Below, in pieces: positions 55,413-64,000 of a DNA stretch of 64,000 nucleotides (position 1 is the first letter of the stretch; each line of letters starts with the position of its first letter). The notes below the pieces were generated by a model. That model had not been told where the DNA came from, searched no databases, and worked only from the letters and a program-made list of their open reading frames with translations. Made by a program: the position numbers and the translations under genes. Source of the DNA: Terriglobia bacterium (GTDB lineage Bacteria; Acidobacteriota; Terriglobia; Bryobacterales; Bryobacteraceae); assembly GCA_020073445.1 (NCBI GenBank), contig JAIQFE010000010.1, positions 88,740 through 152,739 on the forward strand. The letters run 5' to 3'.

Positions 55413-56326
55413 GCATTGTCACGGCACAGGGGCTGACCCGTCGCTTCGGCGCGCTCACCGCTGTGAGTCATCTGGATCTGGAAATCCAGGAGGGCGAGAT
55501 TTTCGCTCTGGTGGGTCCGGACGGAGCCGGTAAGACCACCACCATGCGCCTGCTGTGCGGCTTGATGGACCCGACCGAAGGCAAGGCGATTGTCGCCGGC
55601 CACGATGTGTCGAAAGAGCTCGATCAGGTCAAGGATCAGATCGGTTACATGGCGCAGCGTTTCGGCCTGTATGGCGATCTCACGGTGAACGAGAATATGG
55701 CGTTCTATGGCGATCTGTTTGGCGTGATCGGCCGTGAACGCGAGGAATTGAGCGGACAGCTCATGCAGATGACGCGCATGGAACCGTTCGGTACGCGCCA
55801 AGCTGCGAAACTCTCTGGCGGCATGAAGCAGAAGCTCGCGCTGATGTGTACGCTGTTGCACAAGCCCCGTGTCTTATTTCTGGATGAGCCTACAAACGGT
55901 GTGGATCCGGTTTCGCGGCGGGATTTCTGGGCGATCCTCTACCAGCTGGTGAGCGAAGGCCTGACGGTTCTCGTGTCTACCGCGTATCTGGACGAAGCCG
56001 AGCGTGCCAATCGCGTGGGCATGATGCACAAAGGACGGTTGATCCGCTGCGACGCCCCAGCGAAGCTGAAGGAGAGCCTGGAGGAGAACTGTTACCGGGT
56101 CCATTTCCCGCATCCGGAAGAAGCCCGGCCACTGCTCGAAAGCCAACCGGGCGTGCTGGGCGTATATCATGCCGGCATCGAATATCACTTGTTTGTTGAC
56201 GAGCGCGTGACTACGGTCGAGAGCTTGCTGAAGCTGACCCCATTCACGTACCAGCGCATCGTGCCCTCGCTCGAAGACGTGTTTATCGCGCTGGAGCGCA
56301 AGGAAGAAGTGGCCCATGCTGCCTAG
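55409..56326 (+). CDS. ABC transporter ATP-binding protein.
   Basis: GTG start overlapping the HlyD stop. Walker A GPDGAGKTT, signature LSGGMKQKL, Walker B VLFLDEPT. Confidence 0.85.
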   Translation: MSIVTAQGLTRRFGALTAVSHLDLEIQEGEIFALVGPDGAGKTTTMRLLCGLMDPTEGKAIVAGHDVSKELDQVKDQIGYMAQRFGLYGDLTVNENMAFYGDLFGVIGREREELSGQLMQMTRMEPFGTRQAAKLSGGMKQKLALMCTLLHKPRVLFLDEPTNGVDPVSRRDFWAILYQLVSEGLTVLVSTAYLDEAERANRVGMMHKGRLIRCDAPAKLKESLEENCYRVHFPHPEEARPLLESQPGVLGVYHAGIEYHLFVDERVTTVESLLKLTPFTYQRIVPSLEDVFIALERKEEVAHAA

Positions 56327-56421
56327 AAGATGGCCGCTCACTGACGTTCGCGGTTCGGTGCCAAGTGCGGGACCCCAGTGCACAGAACTGCGCGGGCCAG
56401 CAAGCGGCCAGGAGGGACCGC

Positions 56422-57381
56422 ATGCAGCCTAAGAACGGCAATGGACCCGCGGTCCGCATCGAGAAGCTGGTCAAGCGCTTCGGTGATTTCGTCGCGGTCG
56501 ACAATGTATCGATCGACGTCGCGCGCGGCGAAATCTTCGGATTCCTGGGTCCCAACGGGGCGGGGAAGTCGACCACCATTCGCATCATGTGCGGACTGCT
56601 GGCGCCCACGTCAGGCCGGGCCACTGTAGGCGGTTACGACGTCGCGACGCAGTCGGAACTGGTCCGCCAGAACATCGGCTACATGTCGCAGAAGTTCTCG
56701 CTCTATGAGGATCTGTCGGTGGAGGAAAACATCGAGTTTTTCGGTGGCGTTTATGGCGTGTCTCCCGAAAAGCTTGCACAGCGCCGCGACTACGTTCTGC
56801 GCATGGCCAACCTGGAAGACCGCCGCAAAGCCTCGACGCGCGAACTTCCCGGCGGTCTGAAACAACGCCTCGCGCTGGGCTGCGCGATCCTGCACGAGCC
56901 TCCCATTCTTTTTCTGGACGAACCCACTAGCGGTGTGGATCCGGTGGCGCGGCGAAATTTCTGGGATCTGATTTACCGGCTTTCCGAGGCGGGCCACACC
57001 ATCTTCGTCACTACGCACTATATGGACGAGGCCGAGTATTGCCACCGCGTCGCGCTGATGTATGGCGGACGCGTCATCGCGCTCGGTTCGCCGACGGAGC
57101 TGAAGACCGCATTCGGCGAGCGCCATCTGCTGATGCTCGAAACCACGGACCTGTTGGGAGCCATGAAGGCGCTACGGGGCCGTCCCGCCATCGTAGACGT
57201 CGCGGTGTTCGGAAGCGGACTGCATATCAAAGTGGACGACGAAGCGCGTGCGATGCCGGAAATCCAGTCTGCTTTGGCCGGCGCCGGAATCAAGATCGGC
57301 GCGCTGGAGCCGATTCCGCCGTCCATGGAGGACGTGTTCGTGGGGTTGATCGAAGAGCAGGAACGCGCGGTGGCCAAATGA
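56422..57381 (+). CDS. ABC transporter ATP-binding protein (second ATPase).
   Basis: Start at MQPKNGNG... Walker A GPNGAGKST, signature LPGGLKQRL, Walker B ILFLDEPTSGVD. Confidence 0.85.
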   Translation: MQPKNGNGPAVRIEKLVKRFGDFVAVDNVSIDVARGEIFGFLGPNGAGKSTTIRIMCGLLAPTSGRATVGGYDVATQSELVRQNIGYMSQKFSLYEDLSVEENIEFFGGVYGVSPEKLAQRRDYVLRMANLEDRRKASTRELPGGLKQRLALGCAILHEPPILFLDEPTSGVDPVARRNFWDLIYRLSEAGHTIFVTTHYMDEAEYCHRVALMYGGRVIALGSPTELKTAFGERHLLMLETTDLLGAMKALRGRPAIVDVAVFGSGLHIKVDDEARAMPEIQSALAGAGIKIGALEPIPPSMEDVFVGLIEEQERAVAK

Positions 57382-58511
57382 ACTTTAGACGAACCAGCGC
57401 GATGGCTCGCAAAGAGCTGCTGCACATCATTCGCGATCCTCGCAGTCTGATGGCCGCCCTGACGCAGCCTGTCATGGTACTGCTGCTTTTCGGGTATGCG
57501 CTCAGCCTGGACGTCGACCGGATCCCGACGATGATCTATGACGCCGACCGCAGCGCGGTGAGCCAAAACCTGGTTCAGGAGTTTCGCGGCTCGCGATATT
57601 TTCAGATCGTGGACGAAGTCGATTCCTACAAGCCTATAGAACGCGCCATGGATCAGCGGCGCATCCTGGTCGGCGTCGCGATTCCGTACGATTACTCGCG
57701 CAATCTTCTCGCCGGCAAGGAAGCTCCGGTGCAGATTCTGCTGGACGGCGCCGATTCGAACACGGCTTCCATCGCCCAGGGATACGCGGAGGGTCTGGTT
57801 CAGACCTACGCGCGCCACGCTCGCGAAGACGCCCAAAGCATGCGCGCGGGCAGCGTTCTTCAGCCTCCCGTGGACGCCAGTGTTCGCGTCTGGTACAACC
57901 CCGATCTGCTCTCGCGAAATTTTATCGTCCCGGGGCTGATTGGCGTGATCACCATGATCATCGCGGCGCTGCTCACGTCGCTGACCATCGCGCGCGAATG
58001 GGAAAACGGGACCATGGAACAGTTGCTTTCGACGCCGGTGCGTCCTATTGAAATGGCGCTCGGAAAACTCTCCGCGCATTTTCTGCTGGGGCTGACCGAC
58101 ATGCTGATCGCCTTGTTCGTGGGCGTGGTTATCTTCAAAGTGCCGCTGAAGGGCAGTCCGGTGCTCTTGCTGTTTTCCGCATGCGTTTTCCTGTATGGGG
58201 CGCTGGCATGGGGACTTTACATCTCTGCCATGTTCCGAAACCAGCTCGCGGCCTATCAGATGGGTACGCTGACCTCGTTTCTGCCGGCGTTCTTGCTGTC
58301 GGGCTTCATCTACCCCCTCGCGAATATGCCGTGGATCATTCGCGTGATCTCCGTTATCATTCCGGCCCGCTACTTCATCGACATGACCAAGGGGATTTTC
58401 CTGAAGGGCACGGGACTGCAATTGCTGTGGTTCGATCTGCTGCTGTTGATTGTGTACGCGGTGGGCATTTCCTTCCTGGCTGTCCGAAAACTGAGGCAGA
58501 AAATCGCGTGA
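57378..58511 (+). CDS. ABC-2-type transporter permease.
   Basis: Start MNFRRTSAMARKELLHIIRDP overlapping the ATPase stop (ATGA). Six TM segments with a large first periplasmic loop, typical of ABC-2. Confidence 0.8.
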   Translation: MNFRRTSAMARKELLHIIRDPRSLMAALTQPVMVLLLFGYALSLDVDRIPTMIYDADRSAVSQNLVQEFRGSRYFQIVDEVDSYKPIERAMDQRRILVGVAIPYDYSRNLLAGKEAPVQILLDGADSNTASIAQGYAEGLVQTYARHAREDAQSMRAGSVLQPPVDASVRVWYNPDLLSRNFIVPGLIGVITMIIAALLTSLTIAREWENGTMEQLLSTPVRPIEMALGKLSAHFLLGLTDMLIALFVGVVIFKVPLKGSPVLLLFSACVFLYGALAWGLYISAMFRNQLAAYQMGTLTSFLPAFLLSGFIYPLANMPWIIRVISVIIPARYFIDMTKGIFLKGTGLQLLWFDLLLLIVYAVGISFLAVRKLRQKIA

Positions 58512-58521
58512 GGATTACGCC

Positions 58522-59667
58522 ATGAGACAACGCCTCCGCTCCATGATTCGCAAGGAATTCCTGCAGGTCTTTCGCGACCCGCGCATGCGCGGCATGCTGT
58601 TCCTCCCGCCGCTGATTCAGTTGCTGGTTTTCGGCTACGCGGCGAATCTGGACGTCAATACGGCCAAGATCGCCTGGATGGACCAGGATCAAAGCCCGCA
58701 GAGCCGTGAGCTGTACTCGCAGTTCGTGGGGTCCGGCCGGTTCATCATTGCATCCATGCCGGAGAACGAGAAGCAAATGCAGCTCGCTATGGATCGCGGC
58801 CAAGTCGACGGCGTGATCCGCGTCCTCCCGGGATTCGCCCGGGATGTCGAACGCGGCCGCCCGACCAGCGTCCAGGTCCTGCTCGACGGCACCAATTCCA
58901 ACGCCGCCTCCATCGTCTCCGGTTACGCCGGCCAGACCATCGCTCGCTTTACCGGCGACGTGATGGCGAATCGCCAGCGGCAAAAACTGGTCGCGGCAGG
59001 CGTGCCCATGCACCCCGCGGTTCCCCAGGTCTTCACCGAGGCGCGCGTCTGGTTCAATCCCGAACTCAAGAGCCGCAATTATTTCATCCCCGGCGTGATC
59101 GTCAACATCATCATGCTGGTGACTCTGTCCCTAACCACCATGGCGATCGTCCGGGAAAAGGAGCTGGGGACCATGGAGCAGCTCATGGTCACGCCGATTC
59201 GTCCGGCCGAGCTGATTCTGGGAAAGACGCTGCCTTTCGTGGTGATCGGTTTCTGGGACATGCTGCTGGTGCTGGGCGCATCGCTGGTGATCTTCGACAT
59301 GCCTTTCGCCGGCAGCTTCTGGCTGCTGTGCCTGGCGTCGCTGCTGTTCATCCTGACGACGCTGGGCGCGGGCCTGCTGATTTCGACCATTTCTCACACC
59401 CAGCAGCAGGCCAACCTGGCGACGTTCCTGCTATTTCAGCCGTTCCAGATGCTGAGCGGATTTACGTTCCCGATCCGCAGCATGCCCCAGGCGGTGCAGT
59501 GGTTCACGTTCTTCAATCCCATGCGATATTTCCTGGAAATCGTGCGCGGCATCTTCCTGAAGGGGTCGGGGATCGATACTTTGTGGCCGGAGCTGCTCGC
59601 CTTAGGCGTTTTTGGCGTGACGATCCTGTGGATCAGCGTCCTGCGGTTCCACAAGCACCTGGAATGA
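58522..59667 (+). CDS. ABC-2-type transporter permease (paralog).
   Basis: 381 aa. MRQRLRSMIRKEFLQVFRDPRMRGMLF.. Same topology and motifs as the preceding permease. Confidence 0.8.
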   Translation: MRQRLRSMIRKEFLQVFRDPRMRGMLFLPPLIQLLVFGYAANLDVNTAKIAWMDQDQSPQSRELYSQFVGSGRFIIASMPENEKQMQLAMDRGQVDGVIRVLPGFARDVERGRPTSVQVLLDGTNSNAASIVSGYAGQTIARFTGDVMANRQRQKLVAAGVPMHPAVPQVFTEARVWFNPELKSRNYFIPGVIVNIIMLVTLSLTTMAIVREKELGTMEQLMVTPIRPAELILGKTLPFVVIGFWDMLLVLGASLVIFDMPFAGSFWLLCLASLLFILTTLGAGLLISTISHTQQQANLATFLLFQPFQMLSGFTFPIRSMPQAVQWFTFFNPMRYFLEIVRGIFLKGSGIDTLWPELLALGVFGVTILWISVLRFHKHLE

Positions 59668-59690
59668 CCGCGTTGGTACACTGAAAATAG

Positions 59691-60908
59691 ATGGATTCCC
59701 GCCGGAATTTCGTCGGCAAGGTCGCTTACGGCCTGGCCGGGACCCTGGCCGCTGGGCCCGCCCGCGTCCTGGGAGCCAACGACCGCATTCGCATCGGCAT
59801 CATTGGTGCTGGCGACCGCGGGATGGAGCTGGTCAATCATATCCGCGCCTGCGCCAATACTGAAATTGCGGGATTTGCCGACGTCTACGCCAAGCGCCTG
59901 GAGACGGCCGCGGGGACAGCGCCCGGCGCGGCGATCCACAGCGATTACCGGAGTCTGCTGGACGATCCTTCCGTAGACGCCGTGATCATCGCGACGCCCC
60001 AGCATCTTCACGCGCAGCAGTTCTGCGATTCGATCGCGGCCGGCAAGCACGTGTATCTCGAAAAAGCGATGGCATTGAGCGTAGCTCAAGCCAAGGCGAT
60101 GCGCGCGGTCTACGAAGGCGACCGCCGCCGTCACGTGGTCCAGGTCGGCCACCAGGCGTGCTCCACCGGGCATGTTACCGACGTCCATCAATTTCTCTCT
60201 CGGCCGGACCGCTTAGGAAAGATCACAGCGATCAGCATGCAGATGCATCGCAACACGCCGGCGAACAAGCCGCAGTGGGCTCGGCCCGCTCTGCTGACGC
60301 CGGATATGACGCCCGACCGTCTGGACTGGGCCGCCTTCCTGGGCGATGCGCCGCAGCACGAGTTCGATCCAAACCGGTTCGTCCACTGGCGATACTTTTG
60401 GGATTACTCCGGCGGAAGCGTCTTCGAGCACATGAGCCAGCAGTTGAGCTTCTGGTACGGGACGTTGAATCTGGACATTCCGCAATCGGCCACCATGAAG
60501 GGCGGCATCTACCTGTGGAAAGACGGCCGCCAGGTTCCGGATACCGTCAGCGTGACACTGCAGCAGCCCGAAGAAATCCTGGTCAGTTGGGTATCGGGCC
60601 TTGGGAACAATCAGCTGGGAGTCACCGAAGACGTGCTGGGCACGCATGGATCGATTACGCGCGCCAGCCAGGTCCGCTATGTGCCGCAGAAAGTGAACCG
60701 GCCCGATCTGCAGGAAGCTGTCGGGCGCACGGCGCACATCCCGCAGGCCCATTTGCAGAATTTCCTCGACTGTGTCCGGCTGGGTGGCGAGCCGAATTGT
60801 CCGTTCGAGTTGGGCTATCGCGTCTCGATCGCCTGCCGTATGGCTGTGGACAGCTATCGCGAAGGCCGCACGGTTCGCTGGGACCAGCAGCGCGAAGAGA
60901 TCGTTTAG
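59691..60908 (+). CDS. Gfo/Idh/MocA-family oxidoreductase with a Tat signal.
   Basis: 405 aa. [19 protein letters not shown] twin-arginine leader. Rossmann ..[12 protein letters not shown].. and ..EKAMAL.. (the EKP-like motif). Confidence 0.8.
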   Translation: MDSRRNFVGKVAYGLAGTLAAGPARVLGANDRIRIGIIGAGDRGMELVNHIRACANTEIAGFADVYAKRLETAAGTAPGAAIHSDYRSLLDDPSVDAVIIATPQHLHAQQFCDSIAAGKHVYLEKAMALSVAQAKAMRAVYEGDRRRHVVQVGHQACSTGHVTDVHQFLSRPDRLGKITAISMQMHRNTPANKPQWARPALLTPDMTPDRLDWAAFLGDAPQHEFDPNRFVHWRYFWDYSGGSVFEHMSQQLSFWYGTLNLDIPQSATMKGGIYLWKDGRQVPDTVSVTLQQPEEILVSWVSGLGNNQLGVTEDVLGTHGSITRASQVRYVPQKVNRPDLQEAVGRTAHIPQAHLQNFLDCVRLGGEPNCPFELGYRVSIACRMAVDSYREGRTVRWDQQREEIV

Positions 60909-60933
60909 CTCCGGGAAGCGTTCCAGTCAACCC

Positions 60934-62076
60934 ATGGATTTCGGATTCACCGAAGAACACCACCAGCTTCGCAAAACCATTCGAGCGTTCACCGAAGCGG
61001 AAATGCTGCCGCACGTCATGGAGTGGGATGAATCGCAGCAGTTCCCGGTGGAGATATTCCGCAAGCTCGGCGAGCTGGGCGTGCTCGGCGCGGTGTTTCC
61101 GGAAGAGTTGGGCGGGTCGGGTTACAGCTACGTGGACTATGCGATCCTGGTCGAAGAGCTGGCCCGCGTGGATCCGTCTATCGCGCTGAGTATCGCGGCG
61201 CATGTTTCCCTGTGCGCGAATCACATCTATCTTGCGGGCGACGACGCGCAGCGCCGGAAGTACATCTCCAAGCTCGCATCTGGCGAATTGATCGGAGCAT
61301 GGGCGCTGACCGAACCTGAATCCGGTTCGGACGCCGGCGGCACACGGACTGCCGCCGTTCGTCAGGGCGACTGCTGGGTGCTGAACGGCAGCAAGACCTT
61401 CATCACCAACGCGCACATGGCCGATGTTTTCGTCATCATGGCGATGACGGACCGGGCGCAGGGAACGCATGGCATCTCGGCGATCCTCGTCGAAAAAGGC
61501 ACGGCTGGTTTCCGCGCTGGCAGAAAAGAAAATAAGCTGGGCATGCGGTGCTCGCCTACGGGCGAGCTGATCTTTACCGATTGCCGCGTGCCGGCTGCGA
61601 ACTTGATCGGCAAGCAGGGCGAGGGATTTATCGACAGCCTGCGAGTGCTGGACGGTGGCCGGATCTCCATTGCCGCTCTAAGCGTCGGCGTCGCGCAGGG
61701 GGCCTACGAGGCGGCGCTCAAGTATTCCAAGCAGCGGAAACAGTTCGGACGCTTCATCTCGGAATTCCAGGCGATCCAGAACAAGCTGGCCGACATGGCC
61801 ACGGAGATCGACGCGGCGCGGCTGTTGACGCTGCGCGCTGCCTGGCTCAAGGACACCGGAGCATCGGTGAACAAGGAATCTTCGATGGCCAAGCTGTATT
61901 CGTCCGAGGTCGCGGTGCGCGTCGCCAACGAAGCGGTCCAGATTCACGGCGGCTATGGGTTCATCAAGGACTATCCGGTCGAAAAGTTTTACCGCGACGC
62001 GAAACTGTGCACCATCGGCGAGGGGACTAGCGAAATCCAGCGCATGGTGATCGCCCGGCAGCTGCTCAAGAGCTAA
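60934..62076 (+). CDS. Acyl-CoA dehydrogenase (short/branched-chain type).
   Basis: Start at [12 protein letters not shown] (the track ORF starts 60772). ..[16 protein letters not shown].., ..[34 protein letters not shown].. are ACAD signatures. Confidence 0.85.
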   Translation: MDFGFTEEHHQLRKTIRAFTEAEMLPHVMEWDESQQFPVEIFRKLGELGVLGAVFPEELGGSGYSYVDYAILVEELARVDPSIALSIAAHVSLCANHIYLAGDDAQRRKYISKLASGELIGAWALTEPESGSDAGGTRTAAVRQGDCWVLNGSKTFITNAHMADVFVIMAMTDRAQGTHGISAILVEKGTAGFRAGRKENKLGMRCSPTGELIFTDCRVPAANLIGKQGEGFIDSLRVLDGGRISIAALSVGVAQGAYEAALKYSKQRKQFGRFISEFQAIQNKLADMATEIDAARLLTLRAAWLKDTGASVNKESSMAKLYSSEVAVRVANEAVQIHGGYGFIKDYPVEKFYRDAKLCTIGEGTSEIQRMVIARQLLKS

Positions 62077-62079
62077 TAC

Positions 62080-62976
62080 ATGACCGACGCCGCGCAGAAA
62101 ATCGTCGACGGCGACTTGCGCGCGCTGGCCCGCGCCGCAACCTGGATCGAGAACCGCCATCCGGAAGCCGAGCCCCTGCTGCGCGAGCTTTTCCCGTACA
62201 CCGGACGAGCTTTGATTATCGGCGTCACCGGGCCCCCCGGGGCGGGTAAGAGCACTTTGTGCGACCAATGTGCCCGGTTGATTCGCAAGGAAGGGAAGAC
62301 CGTCGGCGTGATCGCGGTGGACCCCAGCAGCCCCTACTCCGGTGGCGCCGTCTTGGGCGATCGCATCCGCATGCAGGAGCACCATGCCGATCCGGGTGTC
62401 TTCATCCGTTCGATGGCAACCCGAGGATGGCTCGGAGGCCTCGCGCGCGCGACGACCGAAATGACCATGCTGCTCGATGCCGCGGGCCGCGATGTCGTGC
62501 TGGTGGAGACTGTCGGCGTTGGACAGGACGAAGTCGAGATCGCACGTTTGGCTCACGTGACGCTGGTGGTGCTGACGCCGGGCGCGGGAGACGATGTCCA
62601 GACGCTCAAAGCGGGTATCATGGAGATCGCTCAAGTGTTCGTCATCAACAAGTCCGATCTCCCCGGCGCGGATAAGCTGCAGCGCGACATCCATGCGGCG
62701 ATGGGTCTGGCGCACGGCCCGGAGGTCGAAATCGTTAACACGGTGGCGCTAGAAGGCAAGGGCGTGGCGGATGTGCTGGCGGCTGCCAGGCGCGCGGAAC
62801 CGCGAGGTCGCAGCGAAGAGCGATCCGCGCAAATCTGGGCTGCCCGATTGCGGGAAATGCTGCGTGACCGGATGCTGGATCGCTTCTCTGCCGAAATGTT
62901 TCTGACAGCCGGACGCGAGGTCGCGGCACACCAGCGCGATCCTTACACAATTCTGAATGACTGGCTCAAGAATTAA
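62080..62976 (+). CDS. meaB: Methylmalonyl-CoA mutase-associated GTPase (MeaB/ArgK family).
   Basis: 298 aa. P-loop GVTGPPGAGKST, ..VLVETVGVGQDE.. and ..NKSD.. G-protein motifs. Confidence 0.85.
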   Translation: MTDAAQKIVDGDLRALARAATWIENRHPEAEPLLRELFPYTGRALIIGVTGPPGAGKSTLCDQCARLIRKEGKTVGVIAVDPSSPYSGGAVLGDRIRMQEHHADPGVFIRSMATRGWLGGLARATTEMTMLLDAAGRDVVLVETVGVGQDEVEIARLAHVTLVVLTPGAGDDVQTLKAGIMEIAQVFVINKSDLPGADKLQRDIHAAMGLAHGPEVEIVNTVALEGKGVADVLAAARRAEPRGRSEERSAQIWAARLREMLRDRMLDRFSAEMFLTAGREVAAHQRDPYTILNDWLKN

Positions 62977-63355
62977 TCACTTAGGGATCGCAGTGCGCTC
63001 GATCGATCAGGCGCTGCAGTTCTATCGCGACCAGCTCGGCTTGACTGTATCACTGCGGGAAACGGTCGCGGTCGAAAAAGTTCACGCCGCGATGCTTCCC
63101 GTGGGCGAATCGCGCATCGAGCTTCTGGAAGCCACAGGCCCCGATTCGGTGATCGCGAAGTTCATCGACAAGCGCGGCGAAGGACTGCATCACGTGGCTC
63201 TCACGGTCCCCGACCTGAGCGCGGCTGTCGAGCGGCTCAAATCCGCGGGTGCGCGTCTGCTGAACGAGCCTCGCGCCGGCGCCGGCGGACACCTCTACGT
63301 ATTTATCCACCCCGCCTCAACCGGCGGAGTGCTCTTGGAATTGATACAAGCATGA
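62957..63355 (+). CDS. Methylmalonyl-CoA epimerase (VOC family).
   Basis: 132 aa. ..[23 protein letters not shown].. and ..[12 protein letters not shown].. Overlaps the meaB 3' end by 20 nt, so an alternative start is possible. Confidence 0.75.
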   Translation: MTGSRINHLGIAVRSIDQALQFYRDQLGLTVSLRETVAVEKVHAAMLPVGESRIELLEATGPDSVIAKFIDKRGEGLHHVALTVPDLSAAVERLKSAGARLLNEPRAGAGGHLYVFIHPASTGGVLLELIQA

Positions 63356-64000
63356 AACCAACCATTGGCATCATCGGCGGCAGCGGACTGTACTCCATGC
63401 CGGGATTCGAAAGACATGAAGAGCGTGTGGTCCAGACGCCCTGGGGCGAGCCTTCGGACGCCTATATCGTGGGCCATCTTGGCGGACGGGAAGTGGCGTT
63501 TCTTGCGCGGCACGGCCGTGGACACCGCACCTCGCCCTCGGAACTGAACTTCCGCGCCAACATCTGGGGCATGAAAGCGCTGGGCGTCGAGCGCATTATC
63601 TCCCTCAGCGCGGTGGGCTCGCTCAAAGAAGAGCACAAGCCTCTCGATTTCGTCGTCCCGTACCAGTTCATCGATCGTACCCGCGGCCGGATATCCAGTT
63701 TCTTCGGCGAAGGACTGGTCGCGCACATCAGCTTCGCGCATCCCATTTGCACCCAGATGGCCGACGTCGCCTATGCCGCCGGTCAGGATGCGGGCGTGCG
63801 CGTCAAGCTGGGCGGCACGTACCTTTGCATGGAGGGCCCGGCGTTTTCGACTCTTGCCGAATCCAACATGTATCGAAGCTGGGGAGTAGACGTCATCGGC
63901 ATGACCAACCTTCAGGAAGCCAAGCTAGCGCGCGAAGCGGAGATCTGTTACACCACCATCGCCATGGTGACCGATTACGATTGCTGGCATCCCGAGCATG
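63352..64000 (+). CDS. mtnP: S-methyl-5'-thioadenosine phosphorylase, partial (C-terminus beyond the window).
   Basis: The ATG at 63352 overlaps the epimerase TGA (ATGA). My translation [19 protein letters not shown]...[29 protein letters not shown]...[20 protein letters not shown] matches MTAP/PNP-family motifs. No stop before the window end. Confidence 0.8.
   Translation, partial: MKPTIGIIGGSGLYSMPGFERHEERVVQTPWGEPSDAYIVGHLGGREVAFLARHGRGHRTSPSELNFRANIWGMKALGVERIISLSAVGSLKEEHKPLDFVVPYQFIDRTRGRISSFFGEGLVAHISFAHPICTQMADVAYAAGQDAGVRVKLGGTYLCMEGPAFSTLAESNMYRSWGVDVIGMTNLQEAKLAREAEICYTTIAMVTDYDCWHPEH

Noticed and set aside
57018-58421. 467-aa minus-strand ORF opposite the ABC-2 permease.
   Set aside because: Antisense. 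His/Arg/Gln-rich. No TM pattern.
61678-62715. 345-aa minus-strand ORF opposite the ACAD and meaB genes.
   Set aside because: Antisense artefact.

Overview
This is a 64 kb chromosomal segment of a high-GC bacterium, about 63-67% GC in the lines I hand-counted. The gene content (PEP-CTERM protein, a TLC-like transporter fused to HEAT repeats, tandem CsgG-like lipoproteins, an LptD/LptE/HolA set) points to a Gram-negative soil lineage, most plausibly Acidobacteriota; that assignment is inference. The window is densely coding with about 60 protein genes. Most are housekeeping: lysA, deoC, argD, two lepB copies, dnaB, rpsT, holA, lptE, lptD, pssA/psd, ino1, meaB/epimerase/acyl-CoA dehydrogenase, and a TetR-TolC-HlyD-ABC efflux operon. 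I found no rRNA, tRNA or CRISPR array.

The region that stands out is a single 901-aa gene at 26338..29043. It sits in a roughly 3 kb low-GC islet (45-50% GC against about 63-67% in the flanks) between lptD and an fmdB-ctp cluster. It fuses an Mrr-type PD-(D/E)xK nuclease domain, an NB-ARC/STAND-like P-loop NTPase and tandem winged-helix modules. That looks like a compact, unnamed antiviral-STAND-like single-gene defence candidate.

Other points worth a second look:
- a nitronate monooxygenase gene interrupted by one in-frame TAG codon;
- an Asd-fold protein lacking both the catalytic Cys and the NAD(P) glycine loop, co-oriented with pssA-psd;
- a nested inverted-repeat structured element upstream of psd;
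- a secreted PI3K/PI4K-like atypical kinase convergent with a secreted PPP phosphatase;
- a truncated GH97 remnant abutting a Uma2 endonuclease gene;
- several translationally coupled gene pairs with ATGA or GTGA overlaps.
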